NCBI GenBank assembly: GCA_043819555.1
Contig: JBDREQ010000037.1
Location: forward strand, 1 to 23,499
Direction of reading: 5' to 3'
Source: Candidatus Zixiibacteriota bacterium
GTDB taxonomy: Bacteria; Zixibacteria; MSB-5A5; GN15; JAAZOE01
DNA length: 23,499 bases
This document shows, one piece after another, positions 7,322-15,588 of this stretch (its first letter is position 1; each line of letters opens with the position of its first letter). The translations under genes and the position numbers were made by a program. Under the pieces are notes generated by a model. It saw only the letters and a program-made list of their open reading frames with translations, was not told the DNA's origin and searched no databases.

Positions 7322-10300
7322 TAACCTGCCTGCGCTGATTCCTCATCGGCATAGTGGAGTTCAAGAAGAGTCTCATCATCCTCAGAATCTTTTTTGAATC
7401 GCACCGCGACCACTTTACTCACGCCCGGTTCTTCCATGGTTACCCCGTAAAGAGTATCAGCGGCTTCCATTGTTATTTTATTATGCGTAATAATGATAAA
7501 TTGGGTCTGGCGAGAGAATTTTTTGACAATCTTCAAAAACCGCCCAATATTGATGTCATCCAGGGGTGCGTCAATTTCATCGAGGAAACAGAATGGGGAT
7601 GGTTTGACCATATATAACGCGAACAGAAGCGAAATCGCGGTTAAAGCCCTTTCTCCGCCCGATAACTGGGAAATCGTCAATGATTTTTTTCCGCGCGGAC
7701 GCGACATAATCTCTATCCGGGATTCGAGAGGATCCGATTCATCCTCCAAAATAACATCGGCTTCACCGCCGGTAAATAATTCCTGATACATTTGTTTAAA
7801 ATTGTCGCGAGCCTTATCGATCGTTTCCAAAAACATTGCCTTCGCGGTCTGGTTTATCTTCTGGATTGTCGACCTGAGAATTGACTTGGCCGATATCAAA
7901 TCATCGAGCTGCCTGGTAAGAAATTCCTGACGCTGTCTCTGTTCATCATATTCTTCCAGAGCCAGCATGTTGACGATTCCCATCTTATGCAGTATATCTC
8001 TCAATTCATCGACGCGGCCGGCGGCATCATCCTCGCTTATTTCAGCGTTAGGCGATTCGATTTCCAATTGGCCGATATCAATTGAATATTCAGCGCGCAT
8101 CCGTTCTTCAATCTGCTCCAGCCGAGAGGCGAGTTCCGTTTCACTAATCTGCGCCGTGTGAATTTCATCCGAGAGCGAATCGCGTTCGGAACGAAGGGAT
8201 TTAATCGTCTTTTCAATATTATCGAGTTGACCGCTAAGTTCATCTCGTTCCAAACGCTTGGTCTGCTGCCTTTGGGTTTGTTCCTGCCGTTTCTCAAATG
8301 CTTCCTTGAGATTTATCTCGCCGTTGGCGAGTTCCGCCGCCAAGTCTTTAATTTCTTTTTCAGATTGCTCAATTAAATCTTCTTTTTGGGCAATGTTGCC
8401 GGAGATGTCCTTAATCATTTCCTCGTAATAATCAATCTGAGATAGTACATGAGCTCGCTTGCTCTCCAATTCAATCTTTGCCATCTGAATTCGGTTTACT
8501 TCAGCTTCCGCAGCGGAGGCGGCCTCTTCAAGTTCAGACAATTTTTGTTTTTTATCCTGGACCTGAGAGGTGATGTTTTCTTTTTCTTTGTCAAGCTGGT
8601 CATAATCGAGGGATAAAGTATATTGCCGATGTTTCAATTGATTGAGCTTTTCCGATATTTGATTAACCTGCTGATCAATGCTGGTAACTATTTCCTCAGC
8701 GGCGTTAATCTTGAATTGTTCTTCTTTTAGCCCCGTTATTAATTCGGAAAGATTATCTTTGTCATCCGCCAGCTTGTTATTAAGCCGAGAAATAGTCTGC
8801 CGCTTTTCACCGACGGACAGAGTTACTTCGGCCTGTTTATTGCGAATCTGGCGTGTGCGGATTTCCAATTCCTTCAGCTTCTTATCCAGAGCTTCAACTT
8901 CATCTTTTCTTCCTATGAGAGACATCTCTTCCGATACTCCGCCGGAAATATATCCGTCATTGGTAAATACCTGACCGCTCATCGTAACGATTCGGTATCC
9001 ATCGGGAATTTTATTCAATATCTCCCGCGCCTCGATTCCTTCTTCACAAATCAGGGTTCTGCCCAGAAGAGCTTTTGGGACTTCGCGATATCGTTCATCA
9101 CATTCCACAAGTTTGTCGGCCCAATCAATGATTTTATTATTCTGTGGCAATTCGGGACGCGGCCCAGGGGTTTTCAATCGCTGGGTCATCAGGAAGGTAG
9201 CCTTGCCAGCCTTTTTTTCGCGCAAATAAGAGATTGCTTCCTGAGCGGTTTCATAATCGGAGCAGAGAATATACTGAGCCATTTCTCCCAAAGCGGCGTC
9301 AATTGCCGCCTGGTATCGCGATTGAGAACGGATATAATCGGCGACCGTACCGGTGATATCAAACCACCGCCCGGCGACTTCAAAAATGGCTACAACGCCG
9401 CCGGCAAACCCCTCATAATGCTCGACCATTTCGGATAATAATTTTTTCCTGGCCTGAGTCGCTTCAAAGTTGGATGAGGCTTCTGCCAGTTGATCCCGCA
9501 GGCGGTCGGCCGAATCTATAATCTGCTCCAAAGATTTTTCATCACTCTCGATATTTTGCTCATCCGCTTCAATTTGGGTCCGCATCGCTTCTATTCTGCC
9601 CTGCATCGATATGATTTCTTCGCGGCGATGTTTTTTCTCAACGATAAGATTATTTTTCTTTTCGCTGTTTTTTTCGAGATCTTTGTTCAACTCATCGATT
9701 TGCTGTTCAATATTTGCCGAATCCGCTTTGCCCGATGACAGGCGCCCTTCGATATTTACGAGCATGGAATTGTCATCTTTAGAGCACGATCTATATCTTA
9801 AGTATTCCTCGTCGGCTTGCTTCTGGACGGCTTTTGCCTTCTCCAAATCAGAAGAAAGGGTATTTATTTCTTCATCTTGATTTTGAATATCGATTACGGC
9901 TTTTGCCTTTTCTTCGCGAATGACATCGCCCCTTTTTTGCAGGCCATCTATATCACCTCGGTTTTGAACGATAGATTTATCCAGGTTTTCTTTCTTCTCG
10001 CGTTTGACGGAGATATCAGTCTCCAATTGATGCGCCCGTTCCGACAGATTAAATACTTCTCCGCCGATTTCAGAGAGTTCCGAATCAATTTCGGTCAGCA
10101 GCGTACGCTGTAATTCAATATCAGCGAACTGGCCGTCAAGTTTTGCTTCTATCCCCATTTTCTTATCACTGAGCGTTTTGATGCGGATCGCCAGTTCTTT
10201 ATTTTTCCCGGTTAATTGATTAAATTTTGATTTGGCATTATAAAGGTCCCATCCTTTCAATTCCTCGGAAATTTCTTTATACCGTTGGGCTTTATTGACC

Positions 10301-10923
10301 TGTCGTTTTAACGAACGTACGCGAGTCGTAACTTCGGATAAAATATCCTGCAGTCGGACAAGGTCCTGTTCCGTTGCGGCCAGTTTTCGTTCAGCCGCCC
10401 TCTTGCGATGCTTGTACCTCGTGATTCCGGCCGCTTCCTCGAATAAAAAGCGGCGCTCCTCGGTTTTGTCAGACAAAATGGCATCGACCATTTCCTGTTG
10501 GATGATGGCATAAGCGTGAGCTCCAATACCCGTATCAGCGAATAGATCCGTTATATCTTTTAGACGGCAGGGCGTCTTGTTGATTAAATATTCCGATTCG
10601 CCCGATCGGAATAACCGACGGGTCACAAGTATTTCGCTGTATTCAGTCGGCAGCATGCCGTCTTTATTTTCAATTTGCAGCGATACTTCGGCCATCCCGA
10701 GCGGTTTCAAAGCGCGCGTACCCGCAAAAATAACTTCCTCCATTTTTGCCCCACGCAAAAGGGATGTCTTTTGCTCGCCCAAAACCCACCTCAGGGCATC
10801 AAGCAAATTCGATTTGCCGCATCCATTGGGGCCAACGATTGAAGTCATCCCCTGGTTAAATAAAAATTGTGTTTTTTCAGGAAATGATTTAAAACCGACT
10901 AATTCCAATTTCTTTAAATGCAC
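7321..10923 (-). CDS. smc: Chromosome segregation protein SMC
   Basis: GFKSF, Walker A GPNGCGKSN, long coiled coils around a hinge (G.....G...GG), signature LSGGE, Walker B LDEIDAPLD and ITH. GTG start with AGGAG SD. Confidence 0.98.
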   Translation of the reverse strand: MHLKKLELVGFKSFPEKTQFLFNQGMTSIVGPNGCGKSNLLDALRWVLGEQKTSLLRGAKMEEVIFAGTRALKPLGMAEVSLQIENKDGMLPTEYSEILVTRRLFRSGESEYLINKTPCRLKDITDLFADTGIGAHAYAIIQQEMVDAILSDKTEERRFLFEEAAGITRYKHRKRAAERKLAATEQDLVRLQDILSEVTTRVRSLKRQVNKAQRYKEISEELKGWDLYNAKSKFNQLTGKNKELAIRIKTLSDKKMGIEAKLDGQFADIELQRTLLTEIDSELSEIGGEVFNLSERAHQLETDISVKREKKENLDKSIVQNRGDIDGLQKRGDVIREEKAKAVIDIQNQDEEINTLSSDLEKAKAVQKQADEEYLRYRSCSKDDNSMLVNIEGRLSSGKADSANIEQQIDELNKDLEKNSEKKNNLIVEKKHRREEIISMQGRIEAMRTQIEADEQNIESDEKSLEQIIDSADRLRDQLAEASSNFEATQARKKLLSEMVEHYEGFAGGVVAIFEVAGRWFDITGTVADYIRSQSRYQAAIDAALGEMAQYILCSDYETAQEAISYLREKKAGKATFLMTQRLKTPGPRPELPQNNKIIDWADKLVECDERYREVPKALLGRTLICEEGIEAREILNKIPDGYRIVTMSGQVFTNDGYISGGVSEEMSLIGRKDEVEALDKKLKELEIRTRQIRNKQAEVTLSVGEKRQTISRLNNKLADDKDNLSELITGLKEEQFKINAAEEIVTSIDQQVNQISEKLNQLKHRQYTLSLDYDQLDKEKENITSQVQDKKQKLSELEEAASAAEAEVNRIQMAKIELESKRAHVLSQIDYYEEMIKDISGNIAQKEDLIEQSEKEIKDLAAELANGEINLKEAFEKRQEQTQRQQTKRLERDELSGQLDNIEKTIKSLRSERDSLSDEIHTAQISETELASRLEQIEERMRAEYSIDIGQLEIESPNAEISEDDAAGRVDELRDILHKMGIVNMLALEEYDEQRQRQEFLTRQLDDLISAKSILRSTIQKINQTAKAMFLETIDKARDNFKQMYQELFTGGEADVILEDESDPLESRIEIMSRPRGKKSLTISQLSGGERALTAISLLFALYMVKPSPFCFLDEIDAPLDDINIGRFLKIVKKFSRQTQFIIITHNKITMEAADTLYGVTMEEPGVSKVVAVRFKKDSEDDETLLELHYADEESAQAG

Positions 10924-10925
10924 AA

Positions 10926-11498
10926 TTACTCCTTACTGACTTTACTAATCGGCTTGGGTGTTTTGGTAAGGTTGGCGACGACTTCTAGAATAGAATGGTA
11001 TATTAAACGACGATCTCTCAAATACTTGGTCTTGACTTCCAAATTCAAATAAGGCAATCCCAGGCGCCCGTTGGCCCCAAACCTGATGGCCTGAGGAAAC
11101 CCGAGAAGAATCTTGGCCGCATAACGATTTTCCTCGAGATTAGTATCAAAGATGTAATCGAAATTATAACTTCGCAGCTTTTCAATAAAACTCGAAGAAG
11201 GCAGATCGCACCAATTTGTATCGGATTTTCCGGGCGAGAGAATATTAAATCCTTTGGAAGGGAATATAGACAGAACATTAGTATCAGGACTGGCCAGTAG
11301 AAAGACGTTACGATCCCCAAAATACGCTTGAATTTCGGGCAATACTTGTTTTACAATCATCAAATCGCGTTGAATCGAAGGCAACAAAACCAAAAGCGAT
11401 TTGTCCTGAATGTCAAGCGGTAACGATAGCGGACGCAGTATTGTATTGGACGAGGCGCGGGCCAGACTTATTTTTGAGGCTATGGATTTAATCCCCAT
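10926..11498 (-). CDS. Hypothetical protein resembling the N-terminal Rossmann domain of GT9 heptosyltransferases (DUF6913-like)
   Basis: 190 aa, overlapping rodZ and 2 nt from smc. Segment KLRSYNFDYIFDTN...AAKILL....AIRFG resembles the GT9 N-domain pattern. There is no second GT-B domain. Confidence 0.6.
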   Translation of the reverse strand: MGIKSIASKISLARASSNTILRPLSLPLDIQDKSLLVLLPSIQRDLMIVKQVLPEIQAYFGDRNVFLLASPDTNVLSIFPSKGFNILSPGKSDTNWCDLPSSSFIEKLRSYNFDYIFDTNLEENRYAAKILLGFPQAIRFGANGRLGLPYLNLEVKTKYLRDRRLIYHSILEVVANLTKTPKPISKVSKE

Positions 11499-12408
11499 CT
11501 AATTCCCCCGGCATCCCGCTATCAGCGGAATTGATAGTTGAAATTGAATTTGATGGGGGAGTATTCGAACTGGGCCGAATTGCATTTTGGGCTGCGTCTG
11601 TTGTTGACTCGTTGGCGAAAAAGTCCTTAAAATTCGTTTGATTAATTTCCAGATTGGATATCACACGAGATCCCGGAGACAATGGCGCCAACCGGTTACC
11701 ATTAATAGACATTTCAACGGCTGTCGAAATGCCCAAAGTCATCCGAAATCCGTATATAGCCTCCCAATTTCGAACCTCGCCGGCCTTCAATTCCCTGTTC
11801 AATACCGTATCGCCATCCATAATTACCAGCATCCAGACATCCTGAGTCGCACCTATTCGCAAATTTAGAGGCGGGGATTGAGACGGAGGCGTCGAGTCCA
11901 TATCACTGTCAATGGCTGATATTTCCGATTCCTGATCTTGGGCGCCGACAGCCGGCAGCTCCGGCATATTTGATTCACCCTCCGTTTCTGATGAATTTAC
12001 AAAAACGAAATTGTAGATTAAATAGATGATAAATGCGGAGATGATGATTGCCCCCAGCCGAATCAGCAAACGCACAAATTTCTTCATCTCAGTAGAGGTC
12101 GCATTTTCCAGGGGAATGCCATTTTGCATGATTACATTGTTATTCTGACTCGCCGCACTTGATCTTGTCAAATCAACATCCTGAATTTCATCTATAACTC
12201 CGGGATCAAGACCCAAGTTTTGGGCGTAACTGCGAGCGAACAAGGTAAAATACGCGGGGGAGGGAAGCGATTCAAAATTCCCTTCTTCGATAGCCCGCAG
12301 ATGCTTCTCCATTATTTTGGTCGCATCGGCGATATCTTCAAGCGTCTTGTTTTGTTCTTTGCGGGACGCTTTGAGAACTTCACCTATTTTCTTATAAGAC
12401 TCAGACAT
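11488..12408 (-). CDS. rodZ: RodZ-like cell-shape protein (HTH, TM, DUF4115)
   Basis: IGEVLKASR....TLEDIA..TKI...HL.AIEEG.F..LP...Y...FARSYA..LGLD, one TM helix, and periplasmic QDVWM.V..DG......LKAGE. Start moved to ATG 12408 (MSESY; GGAG upstream; overlaps the maf stop). Confidence 0.9.
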   Translation of the reverse strand: MSESYKKIGEVLKASRKEQNKTLEDIADATKIMEKHLRAIEEGNFESLPSPAYFTLFARSYAQNLGLDPGVIDEIQDVDLTRSSAASQNNNVIMQNGIPLENATSTEMKKFVRLLIRLGAIIISAFIIYLIYNFVFVNSSETEGESNMPELPAVGAQDQESEISAIDSDMDSTPPSQSPPLNLRIGATQDVWMLVIMDGDTVLNRELKAGEVRNWEAIYGFRMTLGISTAVEMSINGNRLAPLSPGSRVISNLEINQTNFKDFFANESTTDAAQNAIRPSSNTPPSNSISTINSADSGMPGELDGD

Positions 12409-13006
12409 GCGACTCCAAAAATCTTTTGGCCATTTTCTCAAGTGTGACCAGGGGCAGACCGATGACATTATCAATATTTCCATCAACCATGTCAACCAAA
12501 AAACGCCCCATCCCTTGTATTCCGTAGGCTCCGGCCTTGTCCATCGGTTCCCCGGTGGCGATATATTCGAGCAATTTACTTTCGTTCCAGTTGTTAAAAG
12601 TCACTCGGCTTTCTTCAACACCCTTCAGGCATTGTTCTGAATCGCTGTTATACAAAGCCAAACCCGTAAAAACCGAATGCATCTGGCCGGATAAAATTTT
12701 TAATATCCGGAGAGCATCGTTTTTATCTCTCGGTTTAGTGAGAATTTGATTCTGGTAAACCACAATCGTGTCGCAGCTTAAATAGGCGCCATTTGGTTTA
12801 TGTTCAAGAGAACAAACTTTCTGGCAGGCCAAATCAACCGCCAGCTTATCCGGCCGCAAAGCAGAATTAATCTTTTCCTCGATGTCTGGGTAAAGAACAG
12901 TAAATTTTATTCCCAATTTGGTCAGGATTTTTTTTCGCCGGGGGGAACCGGAGGCCAGGACTAAATCAACGGTTTTGCTTAATCTTCGCAGATCAGTGCA
13001 TATCAT
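12401..13006 (-). CDS. maf: Maf family nucleoside triphosphate pyrophosphatase (YhdE-type, dTTP/UTP)
   Basis: LVLASGSPRR, CDTIV, KP, LSG..H.V.TG, DKAGAYGIQG and NVIGLP motifs. Start most likely ATG 13006, overlapping the dtd end. Confidence 0.94.
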   Translation of the reverse strand: MICTDLRRLSKTVDLVLASGSPRRKKILTKLGIKFTVLYPDIEEKINSALRPDKLAVDLACQKVCSLEHKPNGAYLSCDTIVVYQNQILTKPRDKNDALRILKILSGQMHSVFTGLALYNSDSEQCLKGVEESRVTFNNWNESKLLEYIATGEPMDKAGAYGIQGMGRFLVDMVDGNIDNVIGLPLVTLEKMAKRFLESHV

Positions 13007-13457
13007 CTTCGAGAACGAAGGTAACCGGACCGTCATTGATAATCTCCACTTCCATTTTAGCCCCGAAACTCCCGGTTTCGACTTTTAATCCTGAGTTCGC
13101 CAGGAGCTCAACGAATCTTTGATACATTTTCCTTGCCTCTTCCGGCGGCATAGTTCCGGTAAAGCTGGGTCGGCGCCCCTTGTGTGTATCACCGTATAAA
13201 GTAAATTGCGAAATTACAAGAAACTCGCCTTCAATATCAAGGATTGATTTATTCATTCTTCCTAAATCATCTTCAAAAACCCGCAACTCACTTACCTTTT
13301 TTGCCAGCCGCGCTGCCGATTCGGTTTGGTCTCCGATTTTCAATCCCAATAGTATTACAAAACCGCGCTTGATCCGCCCCTTTTCAAATCCCTGCGGATG
13401 TTCCTCATCGAAAACCGTCACCGAGGCTCGGCCTACTCGCTGAATCACCAATCTCAT
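12993..13457 (-). CDS. dtd: D-aminoacyl-tRNA deacylase
   Basis: MR.VIQRV..ASV, SQFTL, KGRRPSF, FGA.M.V and NDGPVT motifs. Confidence 0.97.
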   Translation of the reverse strand: MRLVIQRVGRASVTVFDEEHPQGFEKGRIKRGFVILLGLKIGDQTESAARLAKKVSELRVFEDDLGRMNKSILDIEGEFLVISQFTLYGDTHKGRRPSFTGTMPPEEARKMYQRFVELLANSGLKVETGSFGAKMEVEIINDGPVTFVLEDDMH

Positions 13458-13466
13458 AATAGCACG

Positions 13467-13495
13467 AAGGTAGGCTATTGGATATTATCTGTCAA
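13467..13495 (-). promoter_or_regulatory. Sigma70 promoter for the dtd-maf-rodZ-smc-ftsY operon
   Basis: Minus strand TTGACA (13495-13490)-N17-TACCTT (13472-13467), ending 9 nt before the dtd ATG. Confidence 0.6.
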
Positions 13496-13502
13496 CTTGT
13501 GA

Positions 13503-13562
13503 TTTTACAGGCATTAAATAAAATCGGTATTGCGATTTACTGATTTTTATTCCCCTGTAAAA
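13503..13562. repeat. 60-bp imperfect inverted repeat in the divergent dtd/trxA intergenic region
   Basis: Outer arms ttttacagg / cctgtaaaa (perfect 9 bp). Inner arms aataaaatcggta / tactgatttttatt. Confidence 0.65.
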
Positions 13563-13637
13563 GTTTTATGATTGCGCCGCGTCGATTTAGTTATTTATTT
13601 TAATTTCCACAAGAGCTGAAAGATATTGTTTAACCCG

Positions 13638-13663
13638 GGAACAGACTGGTAATCCGTTTGTTA
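13638..13663 (+). promoter_or_regulatory. Possible ECF-sigma promoter upstream of trxA
   Basis: GGAAC (13638-13642)-N17-GTTA (13660-13663), 40 nt upstream of the trxA ATG. Confidence 0.35.
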
Positions 13664-13702
13664 AATGGTTTGAAATAACATAGAAAAAAGTAAGGAGGAA
13701 AT

Positions 13703-14026
13703 ATGTCTCAACCTGTTCATGTAACCGATGCCTCATTCGAAACCGAAGTTAAAAATTCTGATATTCCGGTGCTGGTCGATTTTTGGGCTGCCTGGTGCGG
13801 CCCCTGCAAAATGATTGCTCCGATTTTGGACGAATTGGCCGGCGAGTACGACGGTAAAATAAAAATCGCGAAAATTGACGTCGATTCGAACCCAAAGACT
13901 CCGGCTTCGTTTTCAATTATGTCGATACCGGCTCTGCTTTTTTTCAAAAACGGACAAGTCGTCGAATCAGTTATCGGGGCCGTACCGAAGGCGCAGTTAG
14001 TATCAAAAATTGATAAAGTCCTTTAA
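13703..14026 (+). CDS. trxA: Thioredoxin
   Basis: 107 aa, [17 protein letters not shown], cis-Pro motif SIP, strong TAAGGAGG SD. Confidence 0.98.
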   Translation: MSQPVHVTDASFETEVKNSDIPVLVDFWAAWCGPCKMIAPILDELAGEYDGKIKIAKIDVDSNPKTPASFSIMSIPALLFFKNGQVVESVIGAVPKAQLVSKIDKVL

Positions 14027-14043
14027 CATAGGAAATTTTGAGC

Positions 14044-14481
14044 ATGAAAGATTCATCTCAAAGTGTTAATTGGGAAAATCCGAGCGCTGAAGAAATCAGA
14101 GATATTTTGACATCATCAAGAACGATCGCCGTTGTCGGATTATCTCCCAAACCGGAAAGGCCATCTTATGGAGTTGCCAATTATCTAATGGGTATGGGTT
14201 ACAGCGTTATACCGGTCAACCCTCGCGAAATAGAAATAATGGGGTGTAAATCATATCCGGATCTTACGGCGATTGGCAAAAAAGTAGATATTGTCGATGT
14301 TTTCCGGCGGGGGGAGGCAACTCCCCCGATAGTGGAAGAAGCCATAAAGACCGGGGCGGGCTGTATCTGGTTTCAGGAGGGAGTTATTTCCGAGGAATCT
14401 TATAAGCTGGCGAAAGATGCAGGGGTTACCATTGTTATGGATAGGTGTATTTTGAAAGAACATCAACTAATGGGAATCTAA
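14044..14481 (+). CDS. CoA-binding protein (YccU/CoA_binding_2 family)
   Basis: TIAVVGLS.KP.RPS..VA.YL...GY.VIPVNP, VDIVDVFR, WFQEG and VMDRC motifs. Start is ATG 14044 or TTG 14038. Confidence 0.92.
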   Translation: MKDSSQSVNWENPSAEEIRDILTSSRTIAVVGLSPKPERPSYGVANYLMGMGYSVIPVNPREIEIMGCKSYPDLTAIGKKVDIVDVFRRGEATPPIVEEAIKTGAGCIWFQEGVISEESYKLAKDAGVTIVMDRCILKEHQLMGI

Positions 14482-14482
14482 G

Positions 14483-14653
14483 ATGGATTTTACACAAGTA
14501 CTTCTTGTCGCAATTTTTATTGTGGTCTGGTTGGTTTTGGTCAAGTATGTTTTCCCCAAATTTGGAGTACCTACCTGACACATCCCTGCCGGTCATGATA
14601 AGACGGCATCGGTTCCGGAGGAGCCGAAAGAAAACAAATCGCTACCCGAATAA
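14483..14653 (+). CDS. Unannotated single-pass membrane microprotein; 31 aa to TGA, or 56 aa if TGA 14576-14578 is read as selenocysteine
   Basis: GGGA SD 7 nt upstream; ATG 1 nt after the upstream stop. Translation is MDFTQVLLVAIFIVVWLVLVKYVFPKFGVPT-(TGA)-HIPAGHDKTASVPEEPKENKSLPE-TAA. There is a clear hydrophobic helix, and hairpins follow the TGA. Confidence 0.7.
14587..14627 (+). promoter_or_regulatory. Candidate bacterial SECIS: two tandem stem-loops 3' of the in-frame TGA
   Basis: Hairpin 1 is tgcc-g-gtc-[atgataa]-gac-ggca (14587-14608), with its loop starting 16 nt after the TGA. Hairpin 2 is tcggttcc-[gga]-ggagccga (14609-14627). Confidence 0.5.
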
Positions 14654-14740
14654 AAAATTGATTCTTAAACAAATTCCTTAATTATACGGCATTGGCGTCA
14701 TTAAGTATCATTAAGTTAATTGCCGATAATAAGATAGATT

Positions 14741-15580
14741 ATGAGAGCATACGGAAACAAACCCGGATTTGGGAATATTCGTTTTGGCCCACAGCGAGGA
14801 TTATCGCGCGGAGTCAAAATCCTGCTCATTACGAATGTAGCTATCTACATTCTACAGATGCTGATAGGCCGGGAAATGATAATTCTACTGGGATTAACGC
14901 CGGTTCGGGTTCTGCAGGATTTATCATTTTATCAACTTTTTACCTATATGTTTTTGCACGGCGGATTTTTTCATATTCTGATGAATATGTTTATTCTCTG
15001 GATGTTCGGAACCGAAATTGAACTGACCTGGGGTACGAAAAGATTTTATAAATATTATTTCCTGTGCGGTATTGCCGGTGGAATTTTCACGGTAATGTTT
15101 ATGCCCAATTCCTCGATACCAACTATCGGAGCTTCCGGAGCTATCTACGGTCTTCTGGTTGCCTATGCCGTCATGTTTCCCAATCGTTTAATTTATTTGT
15201 ATTTTCTAATACCTGTAAAAGTTAAATGGGCGGTCATTGCTTTTGTTGGTCTTGAGTTTTTGGCGTCCTTTGACGCAACTTCCAGCGGCGTTGGCCATTT
15301 GGCTCATTTAGGCGGCGCGGTTATAGGATTTATTTATCTTAAACTTGACTGGCGCGTCGGGAATTTGTTTTATAAATTATCACCGAAGCGATTTTTGGCT
15401 AATTCGAGATTTAAGCGCAATTATCGTAAGTTAAATAAAAACCGGGAAAAAACCGAAGAAATAATGAAGAAAGTTGACCAAATTCTCGATAAAATTAATG
15501 AAGTAGGGATTGAAAACATATCGGAAGGGGAACGCCGATTCCTTGATAATGCCAGTGACCTTTTATCTAAAAAGGAATAA
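14741..15580 (+). CDS. Rhomboid family intramembrane serine protease with C-terminal DUF6576-like helical tail
   Basis: TYMFLHGG..HI..NM..LW.FG..IE, catalytic GASG and AHLGG motifs. Tail VDQILDKINEVG..NIS..ERRFL. Confidence 0.94.
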   Translation: MRAYGNKPGFGNIRFGPQRGLSRGVKILLITNVAIYILQMLIGREMIILLGLTPVRVLQDLSFYQLFTYMFLHGGFFHILMNMFILWMFGTEIELTWGTKRFYKYYFLCGIAGGIFTVMFMPNSSIPTIGASGAIYGLLVAYAVMFPNRLIYLYFLIPVKVKWAVIAFVGLEFLASFDATSSGVGHLAHLGGAVIGFIYLKLDWRVGNLFYKLSPKRFLANSRFKRNYRKLNKNREKTEEIMKKVDQILDKINEVGIENISEGERRFLDNASDLLSKKE

Positions 15581-15588
15581 CGCTGTTT

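Noticed and set aside
7354..10939. Many 60-120 aa ORFs antisense or off-frame to smc (likewise within the other long genes)
   Set aside because: They are shadow ORFs of well-supported genes, with no motifs or translation signals.
12409..12495. N-terminal extension of RodZ in the ORF track (similar extensions for maf, yjbQ and the 4993 ORF)
   Set aside because: The extensions overlap neighbouring genes or precede better-supported downstream starts, and family similarity begins at the downstream Met.
14445..14681. 78-aa ORF from the supplied track covering the gap after the CoA-binding gene
   Set aside because: It overlaps the upstream gene by 37 nt, has no SD and its composition looks like an off-frame read. 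The alternative frame starting at 14483 has an SD, a clean junction and a proper TM helix.
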